Shown: piece by piece, positions 1 through 10,959 of the stretch
Position numbering within the stretch: the stretch's first letter is position 1
Layout of the letters: every line of letters begins with the position of its first letter
Assembly: GCA_002269645.1 (NCBI GenBank)
Contig: NIVC01001177.1
Location: forward strand, 124,001 to 188,000
Direction of reading: 5' to 3'
From: Macrostomum lignano
Taxonomy: Eukaryota
DNA: 64,000 bases
Translations under genes and position numbers: made by a program
The notes under the pieces: model-generated
Told to the model about the DNA's origin: nothing
Database searches by the model: none
Seen by the model: only the letters and a program-made list of their open reading frames with translations

Positions 1-695
1 AAAGTCAGCCGCCCAAGCGCCCTAATCAGTGTTTCGCAGTTGAAGCTCTCTCGTCCAACGTCAGTGACAGTTATCCAACAATGTGTACATTAATTATAAC
101 AAACTTGTACAATTAGTACAGCCGAATTTTAAATCTACACTGTGGCTTCTGTTGTGAAAGTAAAATGGTAAAAATCATATGAGCAACGTTGTACAGTGTG
201 GCGGTCAATATTGTCTTAGTAGTATATTAACCCAATTAATGACTGTTTTTGAGCGCACCACACAATAATAGTAGTATAAAAGTAAAACAGTGTCTTTATT
301 AGTGAATCCTAATTGCGAAAATTCTGTTTATAATATTATTTTGTTTTACTCGTAAATTGATGCGAGTGTAATCCCAGTACTCGTAAAATAATAAATATAT
401 TTAGCTTTATTATCTATCGTTACATAAGCGTGGTTTGTAATCGCAATGCACTGTCCTTACACAGAGAATAATGCAAAGAGGCGCTCAGCCAGAATAAGTT
501 TCTTATATTCATTTATTTATCAATCTAATTACTCTACTTGAAGTAGGCGTAAAGAGTTTGTACTGACAGATTAGTAGATTAATAGTGCATTCCTGATCCT
601 GGCTGTCGCATCTGGAGGATGATTTCTATTATTTAACAGCGCGGTTGGGAATTTGGCAAGCTTTCTCTTAAAGGGGGATAAGGGCGGCTGAACTG

Positions 696-709
696 GTTGC
701 CATGGCAAC
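696..709. promoter_or_regulatory. RFX X-box, perfect palindrome GTTGCCATGGCAAC
   Basis: Exact 14-bp match to the canonical RFX site, in a CpG-retaining stretch upstream of the first gene. Confidence 0.7.
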
Positions 710-1526
710 GGTACGCGGACAGGCGGCTTTTGCACAGTTGAATAATTCTATTCTCTCTTCTGTCTCTCTCCCCGACTGAAAAAATGCTCACAGGCGTTGA
801 ATGTACACTGCCGGGACTGGGCTTGCGGTGAGACCACCAACCGATCGTGACACCTCTCTATATCTTCTCTATCTCTTAGCAAGTCCTATATTTCTAAACA
901 TGAGCGTCTGCTATATAGGTTCTCACTCTCTGCTCTTGTGCGGCTTGTTGAGCATAAGAAATTTTATTGAGCACTCTTTCTACTTCAGGCCCTGCATTCA
1001 CGCTTTAGTTCAGGCTTTTGTATTGGTAGCCATTGGCAACTGAAAAGATGCTTTTCTAACCCTCCCACCACCACCCGCTATCCCAACTCCCCTCCGCTCC
1101 AGCTTCTATTCAAATTATTTGAGTTTTCATCCCTTGGCCTGATCGCGGTGTACATGCAGTGTACAGTGCAAGCACAGAAAGCCATTGTTTGCCTGCTGTT
1201 GGTTGGCTTTTTATAAGTTTGAGATGCTCCAGCTGGCTCTCTGAGTCTGTCTGCCTCCCCCCTCTCTCTCCACACCACGCTCTCTTTCTCAGCAATTTGA
1301 GTGAGCACTCCTCTCTCTCTCTCTCTCATTCCTTTCTTTCTCTCTTTCTCAGATTGCATGCAGCCAGCCAACCAAGTGTGCGGGTGGACAGCCAGGGTGT
1401 TCAAGGCTTATATAGGAAAAGCGTGAACAAAGTCCTTGGCAGGCAAATAAATCTGATACTAAGGTTATAGTTTCTCTTGACTCAGGCTTCCATAAAGCTA
1501 GTATTTTCTAGAAATCCGAAACAATT

Positions 1527-3963
1527 ATGCCGGAGCTTTCCTACTTAGTTTGGGAGCTGCAGGCGGTTCGCCATCGCGAGTCGCTGCATCACAGGCGGGA
1601 TGCTGAGTCGCCCGGCTACATCAAGCGAGCCGCCATTGGGCAGCTGGGAGCAGTTGTAGTCTGCTTGTCTCTAGCCGTGGCTGGCAACGCGATCGCGCTG
1701 GTGGATTTGACCAGCTCAGATGTGGAGAACCAGCTTCAGAATGCTACTCAGGTGAGACTTTGTCAGAGTTGTACTGTATATTTTCCATGTATTTTTTATT
1801 TGTCATGCCGTATCATGCTAATAGGCTGTGTGATTAAAGGTGGTTTGGGAGGAGAATGAGGAAATGGAATTGAGGGAGAGAGAGGGAGGGGGAACGGGAG
1901 AGAGAATGGAGAAGGAGAGTGAGAGGGAGAGAGGGGAGAGGGGCAGAGTCAGAGGAAGGAAAAGAGGGAGAGGAGGAGTATCACCCGAGAGAGAGAGGGA
2001 GAGTCAGAGGGAAAAGGAGGGGGGAGGGAATGTAAGAGGGGGAAGACGGAGAGAAAGAAAGGTGGAAGAGGGAGAGAAAGAAAGGTGGAAGAGGGAGAGA
2101 AGGAAAGGTGGAAGAGGGAGAGAAGGAAAGGTGGAAGAGGGAGAGAAGGAAAGATGGAAGAGGGAGAGAAGGAAAGATGGAAGAGGGAGAGAAGGAAAGG
2201 TGGAAGAGGAGAGAAGGAAAGGTGGAAGAGGGAGAGAAGGAAAGATGGAAGAGGGAGAGAAGGAAAGATGGAAGAGGGAGAGAAGGAAAGATGGAAGAGG
2301 GAGAGAAGGGAAGAGGAAAGAGGGAGAGAAGGAAAGGTGGAAGAGGGAGAGAAGGAAAGGGGAAAGAGGGAGAGAAGGAAAGGGGAAAGAGGGAGAGAGG
2401 GAAAGATGGAAGAGGGAGAGAAGGAAAGATGGAAGAGGGAGAGAAGGAAAGATGGAAGAGGGAGAGAAGGAAAGGTGGAAGAGGGAGAGAAGGAAAGATG
2501 GAAGAGGGAGAGAAGGAAAGATGGAAGAGGGAGAGAAGGAAAGGTGGAAGAGGGAGAGAAGGAAAGATGGAAGAGGGAGAGAAGGAAAGATGGAAGAGGG
2601 AGAGAAGGAAAGATGGAAGAGGGAGAGAAGGAAAGATGGAAGAGGGAGAGAAGGAAAGGTGGAAGAGGGAGAGAAGGAAAGATGGAAGAGGGAGAGAAGG
2701 AAAGGTGGAAGAGGGAGAGAAGGAAAGATGGAAGAGGGAGAGAAGGAAAGGTGGAAGAGGAGAGAAGGAAAGATGGAAGAGGGAGAGAAGGAAAGGTGGA
2801 AGAGGGAGAGAAGGAAAGATGGAAGAGCCGTGGCATTGTTTTAAACGTTCTTTCAAGTGACAGACCAAGTTAACATGAAAAATCGATTAATACGTCGTTA
2901 GATCAGCATGTGAGGCACAAAATAGTGCGATTAGAACTTTCTCTGACACTGTTAAGAGACCCAATTACTCTTTTAGTGTTGAAAATCGTGAAATTTCCAA
3001 TCTCCGTAGTGTTCCGGTGAAACCTGCCTTTAAAACTATTTTTGAACGAAAAGCTTTATGAATATCGATAGAGCAATAAGAAAGGCACAACACATCAAAA
3101 GATGAACACTGGGTCTGCCTCCTATCAAAAGCAAAAACAATTTTTGTGCTAAAAAATAAAAACCTCCTACCTCTGTAGTGTAATTTTCGGCGAAAAGCTG
3201 CCTTCAAAACATTTGCCAAAGATTTCGAGTGTAAGCGTCCTATACATGTATATATGTTACTTGAGTAGTCCTTGGCCCCAGCAGCGATAGGGTTTGGTTT
3301 CATGCAATTAGCAAAGCACAATTGCGCAGAATTGTCTGTAGTACTGCATATTTATATAGTGATATATAGCTGGGGATCGGAGGTTTTCAACCTGTGTGTT
3401 TTACTAAAACTAGATTAATTTTCTCTTTGCTCTCTTACCTACCACAACCCCAGCTGAGAATCGCCTACATCGTGTTCCTCTGCCTGGAAGTCTGCCTACT
3501 CATTGTGGACTCGTCCTTGGCCTGCGTAGTTGGCAGCAGCTGGATGCGCGGCCGGATGGGCGCGGAGAAGCCCAACCGAAGGGAGCAACGAGTGCAAGTG
3601 TGCTCAGTCTTCATCATACTGGCGTTCAGCTTGCTGGCAGATTTCCCGCTCACACTGGGCAAGTTTCTGTTCCTCCACTGGACCCGATTCACGTCGGCAA
3701 CTGTTCGGCCGTACATCCTGCTGTCCGGGTTTCTCACTGCGGTGGCCTACGCTGGCAAAACGGCTCTGGGATTTGTGCACTACGTGTGGAAGCAGATGAC
3801 GCCTAGGGTGGATCCGCTGCACGAGAAGGCGCCGGTGTACTTTGAAACCAGCCCGCTGTGCGACTCGCTGCTGTGGGGCATCTCAATGATGATGCCCGTG
3901 GTGAATATGCTGTTTGCTATTGTGGTCATCTGCATGTCCTTCATGACTACTAAACTCAATTGA
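1527..3963 (+). CDS. Uncharacterised multi-pass membrane protein, join(1527..1751,3454..3963), about 244 aa; upstream exons near 783..827 and 1353 are possible
   Basis: Donor CAG|gtgaga at 1751 and acceptor cccag| at 3453 are both phase 0, giving a continuous ORF with about 5 hydrophobic segments. The start codon is uncertain. Confidence 0.75.
2062..2827. repeat. Purine-rich 23-bp minisatellite (ggaagagggagagaaggaaagRt)n in an intron
   Basis: About 33 near-identical tandem units; explains the five repetitive ORFs here. Confidence 0.95.
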
Positions 3964-4184
3964 GAATAGTTAATTGAGACTTTGCCAACTAAATGCACGT
4001 GTAGTACTCTAGAATCGTTATTTTGTAAGTGAGCACTGTGATATTTGTCTGTCGTACTTTTTTAATCTTGTAGGTAGTGCATGTCTTTTGCCAATCTTGT
4101 TAATTTGCTGATCCATTCTCTTGCTAATAGGGCTGCGAGCTTGCTTTGAACTTGATTTTGCAATTGTTTAATTGAAAATTTGAG

Positions 4185-4312
4185 CTGTTTTGATGATGGC
4201 GTGAGCTGTTTTGATGATGATATCAGATGTTTTGATGATGGCATGAGATGTTTTGATGATGGCTTGAAATGTTTTGATGATGGCATGAGATGTTTTGATG
4301 ATCTGATGATCT
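4185..4312. repeat. 21-bp tandem repeat (gatgttttgatgatggcatga)
   Basis: About 6 tandem units. Confidence 0.8.
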
Positions 4313-4339
4313 GATCTGTTTTGATTTTGACTGATGTCA

Positions 4340-4800
4340 GGTTATGTTTTGTCAGCTGCTTTCACAGGTGTGTCAGCTGCTTTCACAGGTGTGTCAGCTG
4401 CTTTCACAGGTGTGTCAGCTGCTTTTACAGGTGTGTCAGCTGCTTTCACAGGTGTGTCAGCTGCTTTCACAGGTGTGTCAGCTGCTTTCACAGGTGTGTC
4501 AGCTGCTTTTACAGGTGTGTCAGCTGCTTTCACAGGTGTGTCAGCTGCGTTTACAGGTGTGTCAGCTGCTTTCACAGGTGTGTCAGCTGCTTTCACAGGT
4601 GTCAGCTGCTTTCACATGTGTGTCAGCTGCTTTCACAGGTGTGTCAGCTGCGTTTACAGGTGTGTCAGCTGCGTATACAGGTGTGTCAGCTGCTTTCACA
4701 GGTGTGTCAGCTGCTTTCACAGGTGTGTCAGCTGCGTTTACAGGTGTGTCAGCTGCTTTCACAGGTGTGTCAGCTGCTTTCACAGGTGTGTCAGTTACTT
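4340..4800. repeat. 21-bp minisatellite (gctttcacaggtgtgtcagct)n
   Basis: About 22 tandem units. Confidence 0.95.
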
Positions 4801-5367
4801 TCGCTTCTCACATTTAACCAAGATTTAATGTATACCCCTTTCGATATTTTACAGAGAACAATATGTGCTACTAACTGATGCCGTTGTTATTTAAGTTTTT
4901 TCTATCTTTCAGTATGTATTATGCATTATGCCATGAATATACTTGAATTTGAATGCATGCATAATTTCAACTTGCCTTGAATTGAATGAATTTGTAACTC
5001 TTATCATTAATTCGCGTATTTTGTGACTGGCTAATGACACATAGGAAGTTGCAAAATGTGTGCCATAAAAAACAGATGTACAGTTGTGCTACAGTAATTA
5101 ACCAAAATTAAACTGGTTTATGACTTACATTAGACAGATATAATTGGGTTTATTTGCAATACTTATTGATTGGACTAATTGGACTACACGTCCGGGACAA
5201 GTGCGCGCTAATTGGGGCACACGGGGAAACATTAGCCTGGATTGATCTGATGCTAAACTAGGCTTAGCTAATGACCCGCTCCGCACGGCTGTGAGATTGC
5301 CAAGTCCTTTCTGTTGCCTTTGTTTTGTCTTCAATGCTCTCTCACTAGTCTAGCCTAACCAATATAG

Positions 5368-6318
5368 TGTCACTCTCTTATTCATTCCCTGCTGTCACTC
5401 TCTTATTCATTCCCTGCTGTCACTCTCTTATTCATTCCCTGCTGTCACTCTCTTATTCATTCCCTGCTGTCACTCTCTTATTCATTCCCTGCTGTCACTC
5501 TCTTATTCATGCCCTGCTGTCACTCTCTTATTCATTCCCTGCTGTCACTCTCTTATTCATTCCCTGCTGTCACTCTCTTATTCATTCCCTGCTGTCACTC
5601 TCTTATTCATTCCCTGCTGTCACTCTCTTATTCATTCTTTGTTGTCACTCTCTTATTCATGCCCTGCTGTCACTCTCTTATTCATTCCCTGCTGTCACTC
5701 TCTTATTCATTCCCTGCTGTCACTCTCTTATTCATTCCCTGCTGTCACTCTCTTATTCATTCCCTGCTGTCACTCTCTTATTCATGCCCTGCTGTCACTC
5801 TCTTATTCATTCCCTGCTGTCACTCTCTTATTCATTCCCTGCTGTCACTCTCTTATTCATTCCCTGCTGTCACTCTCTTATTCATTCCCTGCTGTCACTC
5901 TCTTATTCATTCTTTGTTGTCACTCTCTTATTCATGCCCTGCTGTCACTCTCTTATTCATTCCCTGCTGTCACTCTCTTATTCATTCCCTGCTGTCACTC
6001 TCTTATTCATTCCCTGCTGTCACTCTCTTATTCATGCCCTGCTGTCACTCTCTTATTCATTCCCTGCTGTCACTCTCTTATTCATTCCCTGCTGTCACTC
6101 TCTTATTCATTCCCTGCTGTCACTCTCTTATTCATGCCCTGCTGTCACTCTCTTATTCATGCCCTGCTGTCACTCTCTTATTCATTCCCTGCTGTCACTC
6201 TCTTATTCATTCCCTGCTGTCACTCTCTTATTCATTCCCTGCTGTCACTCTCTTATTCATGCCCTGCTGTCACTCTCTTATTCATTCCCTGCTGTCACTC
6301 TCTTATTCATTCTTTGCT
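5368..6318. repeat. 25-bp minisatellite (gtcactctcttattcattccctgct)n
   Basis: About 38 tandem units. Confidence 0.95.
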
Positions 6319-6944
6319 GTAATTTTTATTGATTACCCGCTGTCTTATTATTGAGCCAGTCGTAAGGTAAGTTTTAGTATTTAGGGTCAGGCAGTTCTGT
6401 ATTTCGCCAAGAAATTAAATTTAAGAAGCTTTAAACAGAATAAGATATTTATAGCTCGTAGATGAATTGAAATTTCGCTTACCGAAATAGAAGCTGCATT
6501 CACAGACACCGAATTACTGTTTTATAGCAAATCAGTAATATCAGGGCGATTTGAGAGTATATATTTTTGTACGAGGCCAACACTCTTAATATGTATTATT
6601 AATAAAGACAAGCTTTCAGCAAAAACACGGAAAACAATATTAACCTACTCGACTCGCTACTTCAAGTAAAACAGTACAGATTAAAGGTAACTGAAGCCCA
6701 AAAATACGACACAAAAAGCCGACAATCGGAAGTGACAAACAATATCGATCAGATCTCGAAACAAAACTTCGGCAAAACTAAAAATGTTTTTATAAAGGAC
6801 AAAAAATTACATGGGAAATCCAGAAAGAAAACTGAAAAGTGAAGAAATATAACTGTTTTATATCATCCAACAAAAAGGGATTAATCAAGTTACCTTTAAA
6901 TCTTTCCCAAGTGGCACCGCTACCCCAAAAGATCCTTTAGGAGT

Positions 6945-7180
6945 GCTACCCCATCAGTTATTCAGGAGTGACACCCCATCAGTTATTCAGGAGTGACACC
7001 CCATCAGTTATTCAGGAGTGACACCCCATCAGTTATTCAGGAGTGACACCCTATCAGTTATTCAGGAGTGACACCCCATCAGTTATTCAGGAGTGACACC
7101 CCATCAGTTATTCAGGAGTGACACCCCATCAGTTATTCAGGAGTGACACCCCATCAGTTATTCAGGAGTGACACCCCATC
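6945..7180. repeat. 25-bp minisatellite (ccccatcagttattcaggagtgaca)n
   Basis: About 9 tandem units. Confidence 0.95.
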
Positions 7181-7333
7181 TGATAATTCTATAATTATAA
7201 AGAAAAACACGGACAAAAGAGCAATACTGACGCACACACAACAGCGTTTACAAACTCCCAAATCACAATTATACTACTGTAAAGCTTAATAAATATTAAT
7301 ATATTTAATAGTAAGACAAAACTCAATACTACT

Positions 7334-7371
7334 TGCGACGCGTTTCGGCTAAAACTAGCCATCTTCAGGCA
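7334..7371 (-). ncRNA. Minimal type I hammerhead ribozyme (sense to the Penelope ORF)
   Basis: tgc CTGAAGA t ggct-agtttt-agcc GAAA cgcGTC gca: both conserved core boxes, 4-bp stem II, palindromic ACGCGT stem III, GUC cleavage triplet, 3-bp stem I. Confidence 0.8.
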
Positions 7372-9034
7372 CTATCGAACAGAATTTATTTCAACCTATT
7401 AAATACTGTGTAGACGACAAAATCACGTATTGAAAAGATATAAAAGGACTAAAGGATCAATGTACAGTATAGCAATGTTCATAATATTTTTTGTGGAATG
7501 ACAGGACAGAGAAAAAGAGAGAGAGAGAGAGAGAGAATGAGGCGTATGCGCCCCAAATGTACTCTAGCTTAAAACACCAATAGCTGTTCACTCGCACCTC
7601 CTCCAGATAGTTGGACATTGAGAGTGGGTTTGTGTAACTTAATGTGCAGAGCTTCAAGAATGTTAAGTTTATGCTCATTTTTGCTGTTGTCTATGACCTT
7701 GAAATGAGAGGTTATGTCTGGCTCATCACAACAACCATGGCATTGCAGCAAATGTTCATGAATCGGAGAGTTTCGTTGCCTATGTTCCTTGGCTCTCGTG
7801 AGTAGGTGTCGCTTGGTTTTACCAATGTAGGTAATGCTCTGGTCAACAGAGCAACGAAAACGATAGATGACACCTGCCTTGAGAGCACATGGAACACGAG
7901 ACTTTAAACTCCCAACAAATTGACTGACTTTATGAGTACGGAACACTACATGAATCTTAGTCTTAAAGAATTTTTGGCAAGTTTTGCGAATTTGCCTCTT
8001 AAACACAATCGAAGAGTTGCCCAAAAAAGGAAGAGTCAAGATTGGTTCTCCTGGTTCTCTATCTGGCCGCTTAGGTTTAAGCTTTTTTTCAATTTTTTCA
8101 TCTAAGAAATTACCAATAACCTTCATGATGTAGTTGATAGGGTATCCATTGGCAGTGAGAATATTGATAATGTTGGTAAACTCGTTGTGCAGCAACGACC
8201 AAGAGCAACATACTGTATAGGCACGATGAAGCAGACAACGAATGACTCCCGTCTTCCATTCCCTGGGGCACAACGCCTGGAAATTAAGCATCAATTTAGT
8301 GAATGTGGGCTTGCGATACACTTCGGTCTCAATAGCGCAGTCCTTCAGATGGATCTCGATGTCAAGAAACGGTAGTTTCTTTCCACCATATTCCACGGTG
8401 AATTTAATTTTAGGATGGGTGGCGTTTATTGTGTTGAAAAATTGCAGAAAGTCTTCCTCGTTATCAAAAATAGCGCATGTGTCATCGACATACCGTTTGT
8501 AAAATTTTGGAGCACAGCTTTTTTTCCATCCAGGTTTTCTCCCAATGTGACATGCAAACGTTAGCAAGAGTGGGGGCAAGAGGGCTGCCCATAGCGCAGC
8601 CGTCAATTTGCTGGAAATACTTATCGCCGAATTGGAATATCCCAGACGTGGCAATAACCAACAATTTCTTAAACACTTTCTCCGGGATTGGTGGCGCTGG
8701 GTTGTCTTTGAAGACCAAATTGGTAGCAATGTCGATCGCCAGATTCAGCGGAACATTGGTAAATAGAGAGGTGACATCGAAGCTATACAATTGATCTTCG
8801 CGAGATGGGGTGTAATTGCTGATGGCTGTTATGAATTCCCTATTGGACCGCAAACTGAATTCCTGAGGGATGCATGGCTTGATAAATGAGTCTAGAAATT
8901 TAGCCAGCTCATATTCAGCCGTGTTCAGCATAGACACAATGGGTCTCAATGGTTTGTCTTCCTTATGGACCTTGCACGAGCCATAGAGATTTCTACACAG
9001 TATTTAATAGGTTGAAACAAATTCTGTTCGATAG

Positions 9035-9072
9035 TGCCTGAAGATGGCTAGTTTCAGCCGAAACGCGTCGCA
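9035..9072 (+). ncRNA. Minimal type I hammerhead ribozyme (inverted copy)
   Basis: tgc CTGAAGA t ggct-agtttc-agcc GAAA cgcGTC gca; same fold as the 7334 copy. Confidence 0.8.
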
Positions 9073-9291
9073 AATAATATTGAGTTTTGTCTTACTATTA
9101 TCTGTTAAGAGTGCTTCTCTACCGCAATTAATATATTTAGTATTAGGAATAATATGTGTATAAGCGTGTTTTGTCATCCAGTAGTTAATAATGATATAAG
9201 GGGGAAATTAACGCAAAAATACTATTCCTACTACTAAACCCCAATCAGATTTGCAGTAGTATGTATGTATATGTCAAACAAAAAATCTATC

Positions 9292-10899
9292 TTAGTTATT
9301 ATTCCCATCTTTATTATTACTCGAACCCACGGAAGATTCCCCGGAGGAATTAGCAGAACCGGAACCAGCCGAAGCGACAATAGGCGGCGGCGCTGGAGGG
9401 CCTCTGGCCCTGGCCAGCCTAGGATTGATGCTCATCCTCAGAGTGCGCATAGCCATTGCCCGATTAAAATGTCGCTGAGTTTTCATTACTTCTCCGTAAG
9501 CGTCCAGGTTGGCCTCCGTGGTGGTGAGCAGTCCGGCTAGAACGCACAGCACCAGGAAGGCAATGATGGTCAGGGTGTACACCTGGCGGGATTTCACGCG
9601 GATTTGTGAGGAATATTTTTGTCTAAGTGCGCTATGCTAATTATTCAAGCTTTAAGGATAACGAAGGTCAAAGGCTCAAGTCTAAGGACATTAAAGGCCA
9701 CAGGGTTAAGCTTAAGAATATCAAAAGGTCACAAGGTCAAGCCTAATTATATCAAAGGTCAAGGGGTCGAGCTTAAGTATTTCAAAGGTCACATGGTCAT
9801 GCCTAAGGACATCAAAGGTCACAGGGTCAAGCTAAGCCTAAGGACATCAAAGGTCACAGGGTCGAGCCAAGCCTAAGGACATCAAAGGTCACAGGGTCAA
9901 GCCAAGCCTAAGGACATCAAAGGTCACAGGGTCAAGCCAAGCCTAAGGACATCAAAGGTCAAAAGGTCACCAAGAAAATAAAAAACCGGCGACTCTTACA
10001 GTCAAAGACGACTGGCCAGCTGGCTCCAGCAGGCGCAGCTGGGCCTGAGCCGGTTTAAACTCCGGTTTCAACGAGATCGCCTGTCTAAGATGGTGAGCAG
10101 CCTCGGCCGAGTGTCCGGCGGCGCGCAATATTTCGCCCAGAGTGAAATGCTGCAGCCAGGCGTTCCTATTGGCCGGTTGAGTCTCCAAGGAGCGGCGAGC
10201 CAAATAGGCCGCGTCCTCCAAGTAGCGGTGATTGAACAGCACCCTGGCCAGGTTCAGCAGTACATCGGCGTTGTTGGGGCTGACAGACAGGGCTTTGCGA
10301 AAGCATTCCACTGCGCTTAGGGTCCGGCCGTGGTAGCGCAGCAGGTTGCCGGCTTGGTTGAGAGCGTGGGCGGATTTCGGCGAGGCGCGTAGGCGCTCGG
10401 AGACGGCGCGAGCCACGTCGCGTTCGGTAGGGCGCGGCTTGCCAGGCTGTACGAATATGGAGAACACCTGGGTAGGGATTGGTGGGTGGTGGAGGCGCCG
10501 AGTTCGAGCTTGAAGGCATTGCTTATGTAACTATGGATATTCTAGTTCAACAAACACTTGATTTCCGATTTCACACTACTAATAGTAGTATTAGTAGTAG
10601 TTCCAATTAATACTAATATTAACAGGGGGTTGTAGCCTAGTGATTCAAGCGTCGGACTCACGACTGAAAGGTCAGGGTTCGATGCTTGACCTACTTGGAA
10701 AAATTTGTCTTTAAGCAAAGCATTAGATGGGGTAATTGAGGGTGTGTGTGGCGACCTTGGACTGAACAGCCATACGCAGTCTTCAGATGCGCCGCGCAAT
10801 AGCTGCGGCTGAGCTGTCGGTTGCACATCTGCCCATTAGTGCAGGTGTAATCAATTATTTTAATTATAATAGTTATTAATATTATTACTAATAGTACTA

Positions 10900-10959
<60 letters not shown>

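Larger units (their letters stand above)
7306..9100 (-). mobile_element. Penelope-like retroelement (RT + GIY-YIG endonuclease), 5'-truncated, with a 108-bp inverted terminal repeat (7306..7413 and 8993..9100)
   Basis: RT motifs KPLRPIVS, FDVTSLFTNVP, AMGSPLAP and RYVDD, plus GIY-YIG motif GVIYRFRC..YIGKTKR. One +1 frameshift in an A7 run at 8519-8525. The RT is cut at 8992 and joined to an inverted copy of the 3' end. Confidence 0.95.

Noticed and set aside
1840-6354. Long ORFs of 150-330 aa with repeating peptides
   Set aside because: They are translations of stop-free minisatellites in several frames at once, with no independent coding evidence. The same applies at 14471-15091, 36121-39631, 40889-41705 and 57115-57907.
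9292-9597. Stand-alone secreted peptide or neuropeptide precursor
   Set aside because: The hydrophobic stretch follows a phase-0 acceptor (cccgccag|GTG at 9582) matching the donor at 10000, so it is better read as the TM exon of the TTC17-like gene.
10625-10695. Functional tRNA-Val(CAC) gene
   Set aside because: Acceptor, anticodon and T stems do not pair properly; treated as a SINE head.
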